Positions 1-8,905 of a stretch of DNA of 27,765 nt are shown here, piece by piece. Both the position numbers and the translations under genes were made by a program. The notes beneath the pieces are model-generated. The model was not told the DNA's origin. It did no database searches and saw only the letters and a list, made by a program, of their open reading frames with translations. Within the stretch, counting starts at the first letter, position 1. Each line of letters opens with the position of its first letter. This stretch comes from an uncultured bacterium. Lineage in GTDB: Bacteria; Gemmatimonadota; Gemmatimonadetes; Gemmatimonadales; Gemmatimonadaceae. The stretch covers positions 1 to 27,765 of the forward strand of contig CAXBQP010000042.1 of NCBI GenBank assembly GCA_963978095.1, read 5' to 3'.

Positions 1-353
1 GAGGCAGCAGAGGCTGGCGTGACGACGGGAGGTACCGCGGCGACGGGCGAGGCCGGTACCGCTGCGGGAGCGGGGGACGCCGGGGCGGCGGGCGCACCGA
101 GCGATGCGGACTTGTCCGTCTCGAGCCGGGCGACGACGCTGTTCACGCCGACGGTCTTCCCCTCGCCGACCAGAATCTCGGCGAGGACGCCGGCGGCCGG
201 CGACGGGATCTCGGCGTCCACCTTGTCGGTGCTGATCTCGAAGATGGGTTCATCGCGCTTGACCTCGTCCCCGACCTTCTTCAGCCAACGCGAGACGGTG
301 CCCTCGGCAATCGATTCCCCCATCTGGGGCATAATCACATCAATCCGCGCCAC
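1..353 (-). CDS. 2-oxoacid dehydrogenase E2 (dihydrolipoamide acyltransferase, SucB/DlaT-like), N-terminal lipoyl domain and Ala/Pro linker; runs off the window edge
   Basis: Not in the ORF track. Manual translation from GTG at 353 gives MARIDVIMPQMGESIAEGTVSRWLKKVGDEVKRDEPIFEISTDKVDAEIPSPAAG..., with the lipoyl-Lys motif TDKV followed by an AP-rich linker. Confidence 0.93.
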   Translation of the reverse strand, partial: MARIDVIMPQMGESIAEGTVSRWLKKVGDEVKRDEPIFEISTDKVDAEIPSPAAGVLAEILVGEGKTVGVNSVVARLETDKSASLGAPAAPASPAPAAVPASPVAAVPPVVTPASAA

Positions 354-651
354 CTTGCATCCCTCTCTCAGACGTGTCGTCCTTGGACGGCTTGCCCAGG
401 ACCCAGAAGACCAGCATCGGCAGCGTGATGGCGCCAACAGCCGCCCCCGCAGCCCAATATTCTAACCAGTTGCACGACGGGACGTCCTGGCATCCGCGCT
501 GATGCGTGACGTACGCCACCACCTTCGACAACAGCACCGCGACCATCCCGCAACTGACGGCTCCCAGGAGGGTCGAAAGGCACCCCAAGCTGATCCGGCG
601 CGTCCACGAGACCGACGCGCCCGGAGCGTCAGTACGCGGCACTCGACGCAT
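340..651 (-). CDS. small hypothetical membrane protein (2 predicted TM helices)
   Basis: Two hydrophobic segments flank a loop containing GCQDVPSC; tightly packed between co-directional genes and overlapping the E2 start; exact start uncertain. Confidence 0.6.
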   Translation of the reverse strand: MRRVPRTDAPGASVSWTRRISLGCLSTLLGAVSCGMVAVLLSKVVAYVTHQRGCQDVPSCNWLEYWAAGAAVGAITLPMLVFWVLGKPSKDDTSERGMQGGAD

Positions 652-940
652 GTCGAGGGTCGACCTGCTTGTGCAGCTGCACGAAGAACTTCTTGACGTT
701 GCGGTCGAGCCGACTCTCGCCTTGGGCGGTCGACTGCGCCTCGACGAAGGTGTAGTGCCCTCCCTCCATCTTCACGCTGAGCGTCAGCGTCTCGACGATT
801 TCGGGGGTTCCGACCACGCCCTGCCAACTGCGCGACCGATGCGCGGTCGCGGTCGGCTTCAGGCCGATCGAGGGAAAGAACGTATCCGCGGCGGCGAGCA
901 CGGCGTCGGGCGCGATATGCGTGCGATGGAAATGCTTCAT
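629..940 (-). CDS. hypothetical protein
   Basis: 103 aa with normal globular composition; ATGA overlap with the upstream gene (937-940). Confidence 0.75.
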   Translation of the reverse strand: MKHFHRTHIAPDAVLAAADTFFPSIGLKPTATAHRSRSWQGVVGTPEIVETLTLSVKMEGGHYTFVEAQSTAQGESRLDRNVKKFFVQLHKQVDPRHASSAAY

Positions 941-1392
941 GGGGTGTTCGATCCGGGTTCGGCCGCCTGGCGGATCATTTGCCGCCAGTCGTCCTCGGGT
1001 TTCACCAGCGTCTGCGTCGAGTCACGCCGGAACTGCACATTCATGGCCCACTCGCCCGCCGTAATGAACATCAGTCGCGCGTGGTACGTTCCGACCTCGG
1101 GACCGTACGAAAATCCGTCCCAAATGGTCTTGTGGTCGGCGTTCGTTGCGAAGATCCGTCCCTGCCCATTCACGATCGGTTCACGCGTCTTCTTGTCGCG
1201 GACCGTGATCGTGTAGTTCGTGGTTTCCAACGCACGCGGCGGCACGACATCCGCCGAGATGCGGAACTCGAACTCGGAGGTCCACAGCCGCATGTCCGTG
1301 TTCGGCTTCTCCGGTGTACACCCCATCCCGGCGAGTGCAACGACCACCGGTGCGAGCACCCTCAGGTGCCGCCAACTGCGATTCGGGGTCAT
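937..1392 (-). CDS. putative lipoprotein, YtkA/FixH-like Ig-type fold
   Basis: GGAGG RBS; signal peptide with lipobox-like ALAGMGC; GTYHARLMFITAGEWAMNVQF resembles the YtkA/FixH G-x-Y...G-x-W pattern. Confidence 0.65.
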   Translation of the reverse strand: MTPNRSWRHLRVLAPVVVALAGMGCTPEKPNTDMRLWTSEFEFRISADVVPPRALETTNYTITVRDKKTREPIVNGQGRIFATNADHKTIWDGFSYGPEVGTYHARLMFITAGEWAMNVQFRRDSTQTLVKPEDDWRQMIRQAAEPGSNTP

Positions 1393-1476
1393 GTGTCCTC
1401 CGTAGGGTCTGGGGTGGAACAGCCGTGCTGGAAACTTAACCCCGGTGGAATGTCCGCCATAGCGGCATGACCTGTC

Positions 1477-2115
1477 TCACGCGGATTCCGGCGGTCGGTC
1501 GGCCTGTTCCAACGTGCGGCGTACGTATCGCACCCGCTGCCAGACGGTGATCCAGGCCGTGACGGCCAGCAGGAGCACCACTCCGCGCAGCACCCACCCA
1601 TCAAGGGCGAACCCCAAGAGTCCCTGCGGCGCGGCGAGCAGGGTCACCCGCTCCGGGCGCTGCATGATGCCGACCTTCGCGTCGAGCCCCAGCGCCTCGG
1701 CGCGGGCACGCGCATACGAGGTCATGAAAGTGCCGACGATCGCCGCGAGCGTCACCGCCACCATCGGCATGCTGCGGTACGTGGCATCGGACGCCCAGAA
1801 ATACGCGATGCCGCCGAGTACGGCGCCGTCGGAGAGGCGATCGAGCGTGGAGTCGTAAAACGCGCCGAAGGCGCTCGCGCTGCTGGTGCGACGTGCCACC
1901 ATCCCATCGAGCACGTCGAACGCTGCGGTCACGCCGAAGAGCCAACCGCCAGCGACGAAGTATCCATTCGCATACAGCACACCCGTCGCGACCGTGCAGA
2001 GGGTGCCACACGTTGTGATGGTGTTCGGCGAGACCCGCCACCGCACCATGAGAGCGGCCACCGGCTCGATAAGCCGGAGGTACCCGCGCTGGATGGCCTC
2101 CCACAGGCGTTGCAT
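1477..2115 (-). CDS. CDP-alcohol phosphatidyltransferase (PIP-synthase-like subfamily)
   Basis: Signature DVLDGMVARR...GAFYDSTLD, PNTIT helix, SYARARAE...G.MQRPER, multiple TM segments. Confidence 0.92.
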   Translation of the reverse strand: MQRLWEAIQRGYLRLIEPVAALMVRWRVSPNTITTCGTLCTVATGVLYANGYFVAGGWLFGVTAAFDVLDGMVARRTSSASAFGAFYDSTLDRLSDGAVLGGIAYFWASDATYRSMPMVAVTLAAIVGTFMTSYARARAEALGLDAKVGIMQRPERVTLLAAPQGLLGFALDGWVLRGVVLLLAVTAWITVWQRVRYVRRTLEQADRPPESA

Positions 2116-2122
2116 CGTGCGG

Positions 2123-2152
2123 AAGCTACGCCTGCGGCCCTGTGTCCGGCAA
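2123..2152 (-). promoter_or_regulatory. candidate sigma70 promoter, probably leaderless transcript
   Basis: Minus strand TTGCCG-N18-TAGCTT-N7-ATG(2115); no SD sequence. Confidence 0.45.
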
Positions 2153-2181
2153 CGCCCGCGTCTGCAGTCGCGCCAAGGCGG

Positions 2182-3492
2182 CTAGTGGTACAACAGATAC
2201 TTGCGGATCCGCTCGCGGAACGCCGTCACCGCGGGCAGTTCACGGTCGATGACCGAGTCGGGATCCTCCCCGCCAACGAGCGCCGCTCGGACCGCTGCCG
2301 CCCCAAATCGTTCGTCAAAACCGGTGGCGCTGACCCGCAGGGAGTCGGGGGACGTCTTGGCGATGGCCCACAGCAGGGCCGCACCGACGCGTGAGGGATT
2401 CAGCGTGTTGCGGTCGGTGATCAGGACGCGCACGCCGGACACGACCTGCTCCGGGAACTTTCCATCCGTGGGTTCGTGCGGCGTGAACGACTCGGCCCGG
2501 AACTTCACACCGGGGATCAGGCGATCATTGAGGAGGTCGGCGATCGCCGCCCCCTGCATCCAGGGAGCGCCGATGCGTTGGAACGGGAGATCGGTGCCAC
2601 GCCCCACCGACACGTTGGCGCGCTCGAAGGCGACGAGCGCCGGATAGACCAGCGCACTCGTCAGCGTGGGAAGATTCGGCGATGGCTTCACCCACGGCAG
2701 CTTCGTCTCATCGAACCACATGGCGCGGCGCCACCCCCGTGCCGGAACGACCGTCAGCGGGGCATGGATGCCGAGTTCCTCGTTGAAGAACAGTGCCAAC
2801 TCGCCCATCGTCATTCCGTGGCGGAGTGGCGCGGGATATAATGCGTACGACTTTCCCGGCTTGCCCGGCTCGGGGTTCGTGCTGACCGCGAGCGCGGCAT
2901 CGAGCATCGGCCCTTCTTCACGGGAGCCGGTGATCGGGTTCGGGCGGTCGAGTACCACGATCGGAATCGTGTTTCGTGCGGCGGCACGGAGCGTGTACAC
3001 CATCAACCCGGTATATGTCCACGTGCGGGTGCCGATGTCCTGCAAGTCGAAGATGATGGTCTCGACCCCCTGCAGCAATGAATCGGACGGCGGTTGGGTG
3101 CTCGGCCGGTACAGCGAGTGGATCGTCAGCCCCGAGCGCGCGTCGACCTCATCGGCCACGTCGGGATGGTCCTCGGTGCCGCGGATGCCATGCTCCGGGG
3201 AAAAGAGCGCGACGAGTTTTACCCGCGCCTTCAGTGCGCGCCGGTCGCGGGTCAGCAGATCGATGTCGGACGTGCCATTTTCATCGATGCCCGTCTGGTT
3301 CGTGATCAGCGCCACCCGTCGGTTCTGGATCAAGCCGGTGCGCTCGTCGAGCAGTACGGTGATCCCGGGGCGTACCTTGTCAGGTCCGGCTCGCCGACCG
3401 CTCTGGGCAGACAGTTCCACGGGCAGCATGTGTCCCACCACGACTCCCATGAACAGGACCACTCCGGCGGCCCTCGGTACCCCATGAAACAT
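2182..3492 (-). CDS. namZ: exo-beta-N-acetylmuramidase NamZ family (DUF1343/YbbC), secreted
   Basis: Motifs TNQTG, FSPEHG, DLQDIG.R..TY, DRPNP, RHGMTMGELA, PSPNLP; AGGAG 6 nt before ATG 3492; signal-like N-terminus ending LSA-Q. Confidence 0.9.
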   Translation of the reverse strand: MFHGVPRAAGVVLFMGVVVGHMLPVELSAQSGRRAGPDKVRPGITVLLDERTGLIQNRRVALITNQTGIDENGTSDIDLLTRDRRALKARVKLVALFSPEHGIRGTEDHPDVADEVDARSGLTIHSLYRPSTQPPSDSLLQGVETIIFDLQDIGTRTWTYTGLMVYTLRAAARNTIPIVVLDRPNPITGSREEGPMLDAALAVSTNPEPGKPGKSYALYPAPLRHGMTMGELALFFNEELGIHAPLTVVPARGWRRAMWFDETKLPWVKPSPNLPTLTSALVYPALVAFERANVSVGRGTDLPFQRIGAPWMQGAAIADLLNDRLIPGVKFRAESFTPHEPTDGKFPEQVVSGVRVLITDRNTLNPSRVGAALLWAIAKTSPDSLRVSATGFDERFGAAAVRAALVGGEDPDSVIDRELPAVTAFRERIRKYLLYH

Positions 3493-6354
3493 TCGCGTCT
3501 CCTCGCTTGCGGGTTTGTCCTCGCGCTGGTCCTCGCCTGCGTACCCGGTGGCATCCGGACCCTGCCCATCCCGTCCTTTGCGCCATCCTTCACCGCGCCG
3601 CTCCCGGACGACGCGACCCGGTGGATCGACCAGACGCTGGCCAGCCTCACGCTGCGCGAGCGCGTCGGCCAGATGGTCACCGTCTGGGCCCTTGGAGATT
3701 ACACCAGCACCACGGATCCGTCATATCTCGAGCTGCGCCGTTGGATCACCGAGGACCATGTCGGCGGGGTGACGATGTCGCTGGGCTCCCCGATCGAGGT
3801 CGCGGCCAAGATCAACGATTTCCAGCGGATGGCCAAGATCCCGCTCTTGATCTCGTCGGACATCGAACCGGGGCTGGGGCGATTGGAGGGCGGCGTGTTC
3901 GCGCCGAACAGCTATGGCGGCGGGAGCGCGACGATCCTCCCGAACAACATGGCGATCGGCGCAACCGGCGACGAACGGAATGCGTTCGAGGCGGGCCGCA
4001 TCACCGGTCGCGAAGCCAAGGCGATCGGGATCCACATCGCGTTCGCTCCCGTCGTGGACGTCAACAACAATCCCGCCAACCCGGTCATCAACACCCGCTC
4101 CTTCGGTGAAGACCCGCAGTCGGTCGCGCGTATGTCCGCCGCCTTCGTGCGCGGTGTGCAGGGTGAAGGAGTGGCCGCCGTGGCCAAGCACTTCCCCGGG
4201 CACGGCGACACCGACACCGACTCGCACAACGCGCTGCCGGTCGTCGCGAGCGATCGTGCACGCCTCAATGCGGTGGAGTTGGTACCATTCCGCGCGGTGG
4301 TGGACGGCGGGATCTCGGGGGTCATGACCGCGCACATCGCACTTCCGGCCATCGCCCACGACTCGATTCCCGCCACCCTGTCGCCGTCGATCATCTCCGG
4401 ACTGCTCCGTGATTCGTTGCACTTCCGGGGCGTGACCTATACCGATGCGCTTTCGATGGAAGGGATCGGCGGCGGTTACACGGTGGAGCGGAGCGCCGTG
4501 CTCGCGGTGAAGGCGGGAGCGGACGTGCTGCTGAAGCCCACGGACATACGACGTGCCATCGACGCCGTGGTCACCGCCGTGGAGCGTGGGGAGATCCCCG
4601 CGTCACGAATCGATGCCAGTGTGCGGCGCCTGCTCGAATTGAAACTGCGCACCGGGGCGATCCAACATCCGATCGTCGCCATCGACTCGCTGCGACTCGC
4701 GGTGGGCAGCGCCACGAACCGTGCGACCGCTGGACGGATCGCCGGCGATGCGATCACGCTGTTGCGCGACAACGCCGCGCTCGTCCCCGCCGCGACAGGC
4801 GGAACGACGCTGGTCCTGACCTACGCCGGCGAGAACGACCTCGAGGCGGGTCGCGTGTTCGGTACGACCGTACGTGCCACGCTGCGCACCGCCCGCGTCG
4901 TCCGGATCACGCCCCGGTGGTCACGCGCCCAACTCGACTCGCTCGTGCGCCCCACGGATCGCCTGATCATCGCCACGCAGGTCCGCACCATCGAGGGCGA
5001 AGGGCGCTTCTCCGTCGCGAAGCCGGTGGCGCAGTGGATCGACTCGATCGCCGCGACACACCCGGTCACGGTCGCGGCGCACGGGAACCCGTACGTCTTG
5101 CGCGAGTTCCCGCACGTCGGTGCGTATCTCGCCACGTGGGGTCGGGGCCCCGCGCTCGAGGAAGCGGCAGCCCGCGCGATCATGGGCCGCAGCGGGATTC
5201 GCGGCAAGGCGCCGGTCTCGCTGCCGGGTTATTTCACCCGCGGCGATGGGCTCCTGCGTGCCGCACCGCCGGCGTTCGGCGCGGCGATGCTCGATACCCT
5301 CCGACGCGTGCTGGATCGTGCGGTGGCCGACAGCGCCTTCCCGGGCGCCTTCGTCGTGGTCGGGCGCCGCTCGGGTATCATCGCGCAGCTCGGCGCCGGT
5401 CATCTGGACCTCGCGCCCTCACCGGTTCCCGATGAGCACACGCTCTGGGACATGGCGTCGCTGACCAAAGTGCTCGCACTCACCTCGGCGATGATGCAAC
5501 TCGTCGAGCAGGGCAAAGTCGAGCTGGACGCCCCGGTGCAAAGGTACCTGCCGCAATGGACGGGACCGAACAAAGCGCGCGTGACCGTCCGAGACTTGCT
5601 GACCCATCGATCCGGACTGCCGGCGTGGCGCCCCATCTACAAGGAGGCCACAACACCCACGGAAGCGCTCGCCTTGGTCGTGGCCACTCCCCTCGACACC
5701 CTCCCCGGGGTCCGCATGGTATACTCGGATCTCGGCGCGATCCTGATGGGGGAAATCGTCCGGGCCGTGTCGGGACAACGGATTGATGCCTACACGCGCG
5801 ACCACGTGTTCGCACCGCTCGGAATGAAGGAGACGGGCTACCTCCCGGACCCGTCCCTGCTCTCGCGGATTGCCCCGACCGAGGTCGATCCGTGGCGTCA
5901 ACGGCATCTACGGGGTGAGGTCCACGACGAGAACGCCTTCGCACTGGGAGGCGTCTCCGCACACGCCGGTCTGTTCAGCACGGGCGCAGACCTCGCGCGT
6001 CTCGCACAAGCCTATCTGAACGGCGGGATGTTCGGCGGTGTGCGGATTTTCAAGGAGAGCACCATCCGACAGTTCACCACGGTACAGGACGCCGCCTTTT
6101 CCAACCGCGCGCTGGGGTGGGAGACGCCAACGGGCGGGAACTCTGCGGGGCACCTGATGACCCGACCCGCCTTCGGGCACACTGGCTTTACCGGAACGTC
6201 GTTCTGGGTCGATCCCGCCGATGATCTGTTCGTGATCATGCTCACGAACCGCGTCAATCCGACCCGGGCCAACACCAAGATCTCCGCGTGGCGGCAAGCA
6301 GTCGCCGACGCGGCCGTCAGCCTGACACGTCAGGTCGCACCCGCACAGCCCTAG
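3484..6354 (+). CDS. nagZ: GH3 beta-N-acetylglucosaminidase (NagZ) fused to a C-terminal beta-lactamase-fold serine hydrolase (AmiE-like amidase); predicted lipoprotein, 956 aa
   Basis: True start MKHSRLLACGFVLALVLAC (lipobox). NagZ signature KHFPGHGDTDTDSH and nucleophile region YTDALSM. C-terminal SxxK (ASLTK), YSD, GEVHDENA, HTG motifs. Confidence 0.92.
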   Translation: MKHSRLLACGFVLALVLACVPGGIRTLPIPSFAPSFTAPLPDDATRWIDQTLASLTLRERVGQMVTVWALGDYTSTTDPSYLELRRWITEDHVGGVTMSLGSPIEVAAKINDFQRMAKIPLLISSDIEPGLGRLEGGVFAPNSYGGGSATILPNNMAIGATGDERNAFEAGRITGREAKAIGIHIAFAPVVDVNNNPANPVINTRSFGEDPQSVARMSAAFVRGVQGEGVAAVAKHFPGHGDTDTDSHNALPVVASDRARLNAVELVPFRAVVDGGISGVMTAHIALPAIAHDSIPATLSPSIISGLLRDSLHFRGVTYTDALSMEGIGGGYTVERSAVLAVKAGADVLLKPTDIRRAIDAVVTAVERGEIPASRIDASVRRLLELKLRTGAIQHPIVAIDSLRLAVGSATNRATAGRIAGDAITLLRDNAALVPAATGGTTLVLTYAGENDLEAGRVFGTTVRATLRTARVVRITPRWSRAQLDSLVRPTDRLIIATQVRTIEGEGRFSVAKPVAQWIDSIAATHPVTVAAHGNPYVLREFPHVGAYLATWGRGPALEEAAARAIMGRSGIRGKAPVSLPGYFTRGDGLLRAAPPAFGAAMLDTLRRVLDRAVADSAFPGAFVVVGRRSGIIAQLGAGHLDLAPSPVPDEHTLWDMASLTKVLALTSAMMQLVEQGKVELDAPVQRYLPQWTGPNKARVTVRDLLTHRSGLPAWRPIYKEATTPTEALALVVATPLDTLPGVRMVYSDLGAILMGEIVRAVSGQRIDAYTRDHVFAPLGMKETGYLPDPSLLSRIAPTEVDPWRQRHLRGEVHDENAFALGGVSAHAGLFSTGADLARLAQAYLNGGMFGGVRIFKESTIRQFTTVQDAAFSNRALGWETPTGGNSAGHLMTRPAFGHTGFTGTSFWVDPADDLFVIMLTNRVNPTRANTKISAWRQAVADAAVSLTRQVAPAQP

Positions 6355-6939
6355 TCAGCGCGCGACGGGCTTCGGCTCGGTGCGCTGAGAAACCCCCTCG
6401 GGTGCCACGATCATCGTGAACTCGAGGGGTTTGCGCGCCTCGGCCGCGATTTTCATCGAAAGTCCACCGTTCCGATTGAACCCGACGCCTCCCCACCCCA
6501 CCGTCAACACCTCAACGTGCTGTGCCGCAGCGGTCATGCGAACCTTGTAGTCGCCGAAGGCCGGCCGCTTCAACTGCACACTGATCGTGCAGGTCGAATC
6601 GCCGGCCACCACGCCGCCGGCATCGGTGCAGTCGACGCGCGGTTGGGCGTCAGCAATGGTGGCGACGTTCGGCACCCCAGGGACGAAGATCTTCACGCTC
6701 CTGCCATCCGGGGCGGTCAGCTCGAGTCCGATATCGGCCACGGTGATGGTCAGGAACATCTCGCCGACGGGCTTGTCGAGCGTCGCCAGCCGCGGCGCTT
6801 TCTCGCGACCGTTTTCGCGCGTCAGCAGCCCCCATGCCAGCGCGACACCGACCGCAAGAACCGCGGTCAGCCCCAGGATGGGCTTCAGGGCCTCCACCAG
6901 GGCGCGAAGGCGCCTATTTCCTTGAGAATGATTCGGCAT
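6355..6939 (-). CDS. hypothetical membrane-anchored protein
   Basis: One N-terminal TM helix then a beta-rich domain with two Cys; its stop abuts the nagZ stop; start uncertain because it overlaps the divergent promoter. Confidence 0.65.
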   Translation of the reverse strand: MPNHSQGNRRLRALVEALKPILGLTAVLAVGVALAWGLLTRENGREKAPRLATLDKPVGEMFLTITVADIGLELTAPDGRSVKIFVPGVPNVATIADAQPRVDCTDAGGVVAGDSTCTISVQLKRPAFGDYKVRMTAAAQHVEVLTVGWGGVGFNRNGGLSMKIAAEARKPLEFTMIVAPEGVSQRTEPKPVAR

Positions 6940-6950
6940 TCGGATATATT
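6922..6950 (+). promoter_or_regulatory. sigma70-type promoter for the erpA/iscA-SSS-kinase operon
   Basis: TTGAGA-N17-TATATT about 50 nt upstream of ATG 7003, which has a GGAGGAG RBS. Confidence 0.65.
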
Positions 6951-7002
6951 ACGCCACAGCACATCATACCGCTCGCCAGAGGCGAAGCAGGAGGAGCACA
7001 CG

Positions 7003-7359
7003 ATGAGCACGATGAATCAGCCAGAGACCCTGTTGGCGCTTACCGCCGCGGCCGCCGTCGAGGTCAAGAAGTTCATGGCCGCGGAGAACGTGGCGCCGGA
7101 GACCGGTGGGCTTCGCGTGTCGGTCCAGCCTGGTGGTTGCTCCGGCTTCAAGTACAGCCTGTTGATCGAAGACAAACCCGCCGAGGACGATACCATCGTG
7201 GCGCAGGACGGGTTCAATGTGTTCGTGGATCCGTTCTCCATGCAGTACGTCGGCGGCGTGACCGTCGATTACGTGACCTCGATGCAAGGCTCGGGCTTCA
7301 CGTTCAAGAATCCGAACGCGACCGGCGGCTGCGGCTGCGGCAGCTCGTTCTCGGCCTAA
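7003..7359 (+). CDS. A-type iron-sulfur cluster carrier (HesB/IscA/ErpA family)
   Basis: GGCSG and CGCGSSF motifs, F.F.NPNA; strong RBS; 118 aa (the ORF track over-extends the start). Confidence 0.95.
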   Translation: MSTMNQPETLLALTAAAAVEVKKFMAAENVAPETGGLRVSVQPGGCSGFKYSLLIEDKPAEDDTIVAQDGFNVFVDPFSMQYVGGVTVDYVTSMQGSGFTFKNPNATGGCGCGSSFSA

Positions 7360-7368
7360 GTCACTCCG

Positions 7369-8895
7369 TTGTCCGGGGGCCGATTCGGAGTTGTTGACCT
7401 TGCCGTAGTCGTCCTCTACTTGGCCGCGACCACGGGGTTCGGGTTGTGGCTGGGGCGGAAGCAGTCCAACGCCCGGGATTATTTCGTTGCAGACCGCTCA
7501 CTGCCGTGGTGGGCGGTCTGCTTTTCAATTGTCGCCGCCGAAACAAGCGCGCTGACCTTCATCTCGATTCCCGGGCTCGCGTACGCCGGCAACTTCGGGT
7601 TCCTGGAGGTGGTCGCCGGGTACGTCGTCGGACGGATCGCGATCGCGGCGGTCCTCCTCCCGCGCTATTTCGATGGTGATCTCGTGACGGCCTATACGCT
7701 GCTCGAGACCCGCTTCGGCAAGGAGACGCGGCGGTTCACGTCGGTCGTGTTCATGGTCACGCGCGCCATGGCGGACTCGGTGCGTGTGTTCGCGACGGCG
7801 ATACCCATCGCGCTGATCATCGGCCCGGTGGTGCCGCGGCAGTATCTGATGCCGAGTGCGATCCTGATCCTCGGGGCGCTCACGATCCTGTACACGTACC
7901 AAGGCGGCATGCGTGCCGTGGTATGGACGGAGCTGGTGCAGACGGGGGTGTATCTCACCGGAGGACTCGCAGCGGCCTTGCTCCTCGGCCGCTCGGCCCC
8001 GGGGGGGTGGAGCGGCATCCTCTCGCACGCCGGTGCAGCCGGGAAACTGCAGGTCCTCGACTTCTACACGGGTTTCGACCGGCCCCACACGGTCTTCGCG
8101 GGCGTCATCGGTGGGGCATTCCTGTCGATGGCTTCACACGGTGCCGACCAGACCATCGTGCAGCGGCTGCTCTCGTCGCGCTCTCTGAAGGACGCGCAAC
8201 GCGCGATCATCGGCAGCGGGCTCGCGGTATTCGTACAGATGACCTTGTTCCTGGTGGTCGGGATCGGTCTCTGGTCGTTCTACGCGGGACGCGAGTTCGC
8301 GAAGCCGGATGACATCTTCCCGACGTACATCGTGGAGCAGATGCCGCACGGGCTCCTCGGACTGATCGTCGCCGCGATCGTCGCCGCCACGATGAGCACC
8401 CATTCGGGCGCCATCAACTCCCTGGCCGCGACCACAACGCATGACATCTACCTCCCACTGTCCGGCCGCGAGGAAGACGATCCCCGAACCTACCGCGCCG
8501 GGCGGCTGTTCGCCCTGATCTGGGGCGTGGTCCTCACCGGCGGCGCGCTCTTGTATCCTGAGGGGAAGGTGCCCGTGGTCGTGGTGGCGCTGTCCATCGC
8601 GTCCTTCACGCAGGGCGCGCTACTGGGGGCATTCTTCCTGGGGATCTACAACCGGCGCGCCGTCCAACGGGACGCCATCCTCGGCATGTCGCTGGGGATT
8701 CTGGCCATGGCGTTCGTGGTCTTTGCGAAGCCGCTGGCCGCCGCGTATCCCGCACTCGCGGGTCCATTGGGACCGTTCGTGAATATCGCGTGGCCGTGGT
8801 ATGTCTTGATCGGGATGACGATAACCGTGGGCGTGGGTTCGTTGGCCGCGCTCACCCACGACGGGCGGCGTGCCACTCCCCTGACGAATCGCTAA
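7369..8895 (+). CDS. sodium:solute symporter (SSS family), probable amino-sugar importer
   Basis: About 13 TM; WWAV..SIVAAETSALTFISIPG.AY, GGMRAVVWT, DQ..VQR.L, AATMST.SG.INS; TTG start; substrate inferred from context. Confidence 0.9.
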   Translation: MSGGRFGVVDLAVVVLYLAATTGFGLWLGRKQSNARDYFVADRSLPWWAVCFSIVAAETSALTFISIPGLAYAGNFGFLEVVAGYVVGRIAIAAVLLPRYFDGDLVTAYTLLETRFGKETRRFTSVVFMVTRAMADSVRVFATAIPIALIIGPVVPRQYLMPSAILILGALTILYTYQGGMRAVVWTELVQTGVYLTGGLAAALLLGRSAPGGWSGILSHAGAAGKLQVLDFYTGFDRPHTVFAGVIGGAFLSMASHGADQTIVQRLLSSRSLKDAQRAIIGSGLAVFVQMTLFLVVGIGLWSFYAGREFAKPDDIFPTYIVEQMPHGLLGLIVAAIVAATMSTHSGAINSLAATTTHDIYLPLSGREEDDPRTYRAGRLFALIWGVVLTGGALLYPEGKVPVVVVALSIASFTQGALLGAFFLGIYNRRAVQRDAILGMSLGILAMAFVVFAKPLAAAYPALAGPLGPFVNIAWPWYVLIGMTITVGVGSLAALTHDGRRATPLTNR

Positions 8896-8905
8896 CCGGG
8901 TTTTC

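Noticed and set aside
3094..3483. N-terminal extension of the NagZ ORF (and 6517-7002 for the Fe-S carrier)
   Set aside because: Both overlap opposite-strand genes; the signal peptide or RBS marks the later starts.
5280..6354. Beta-lactamase resistance gene
   Set aside because: Fusion to NagZ and the GEVHDENA/HTG motifs point to an AmiE-like PG amidase.
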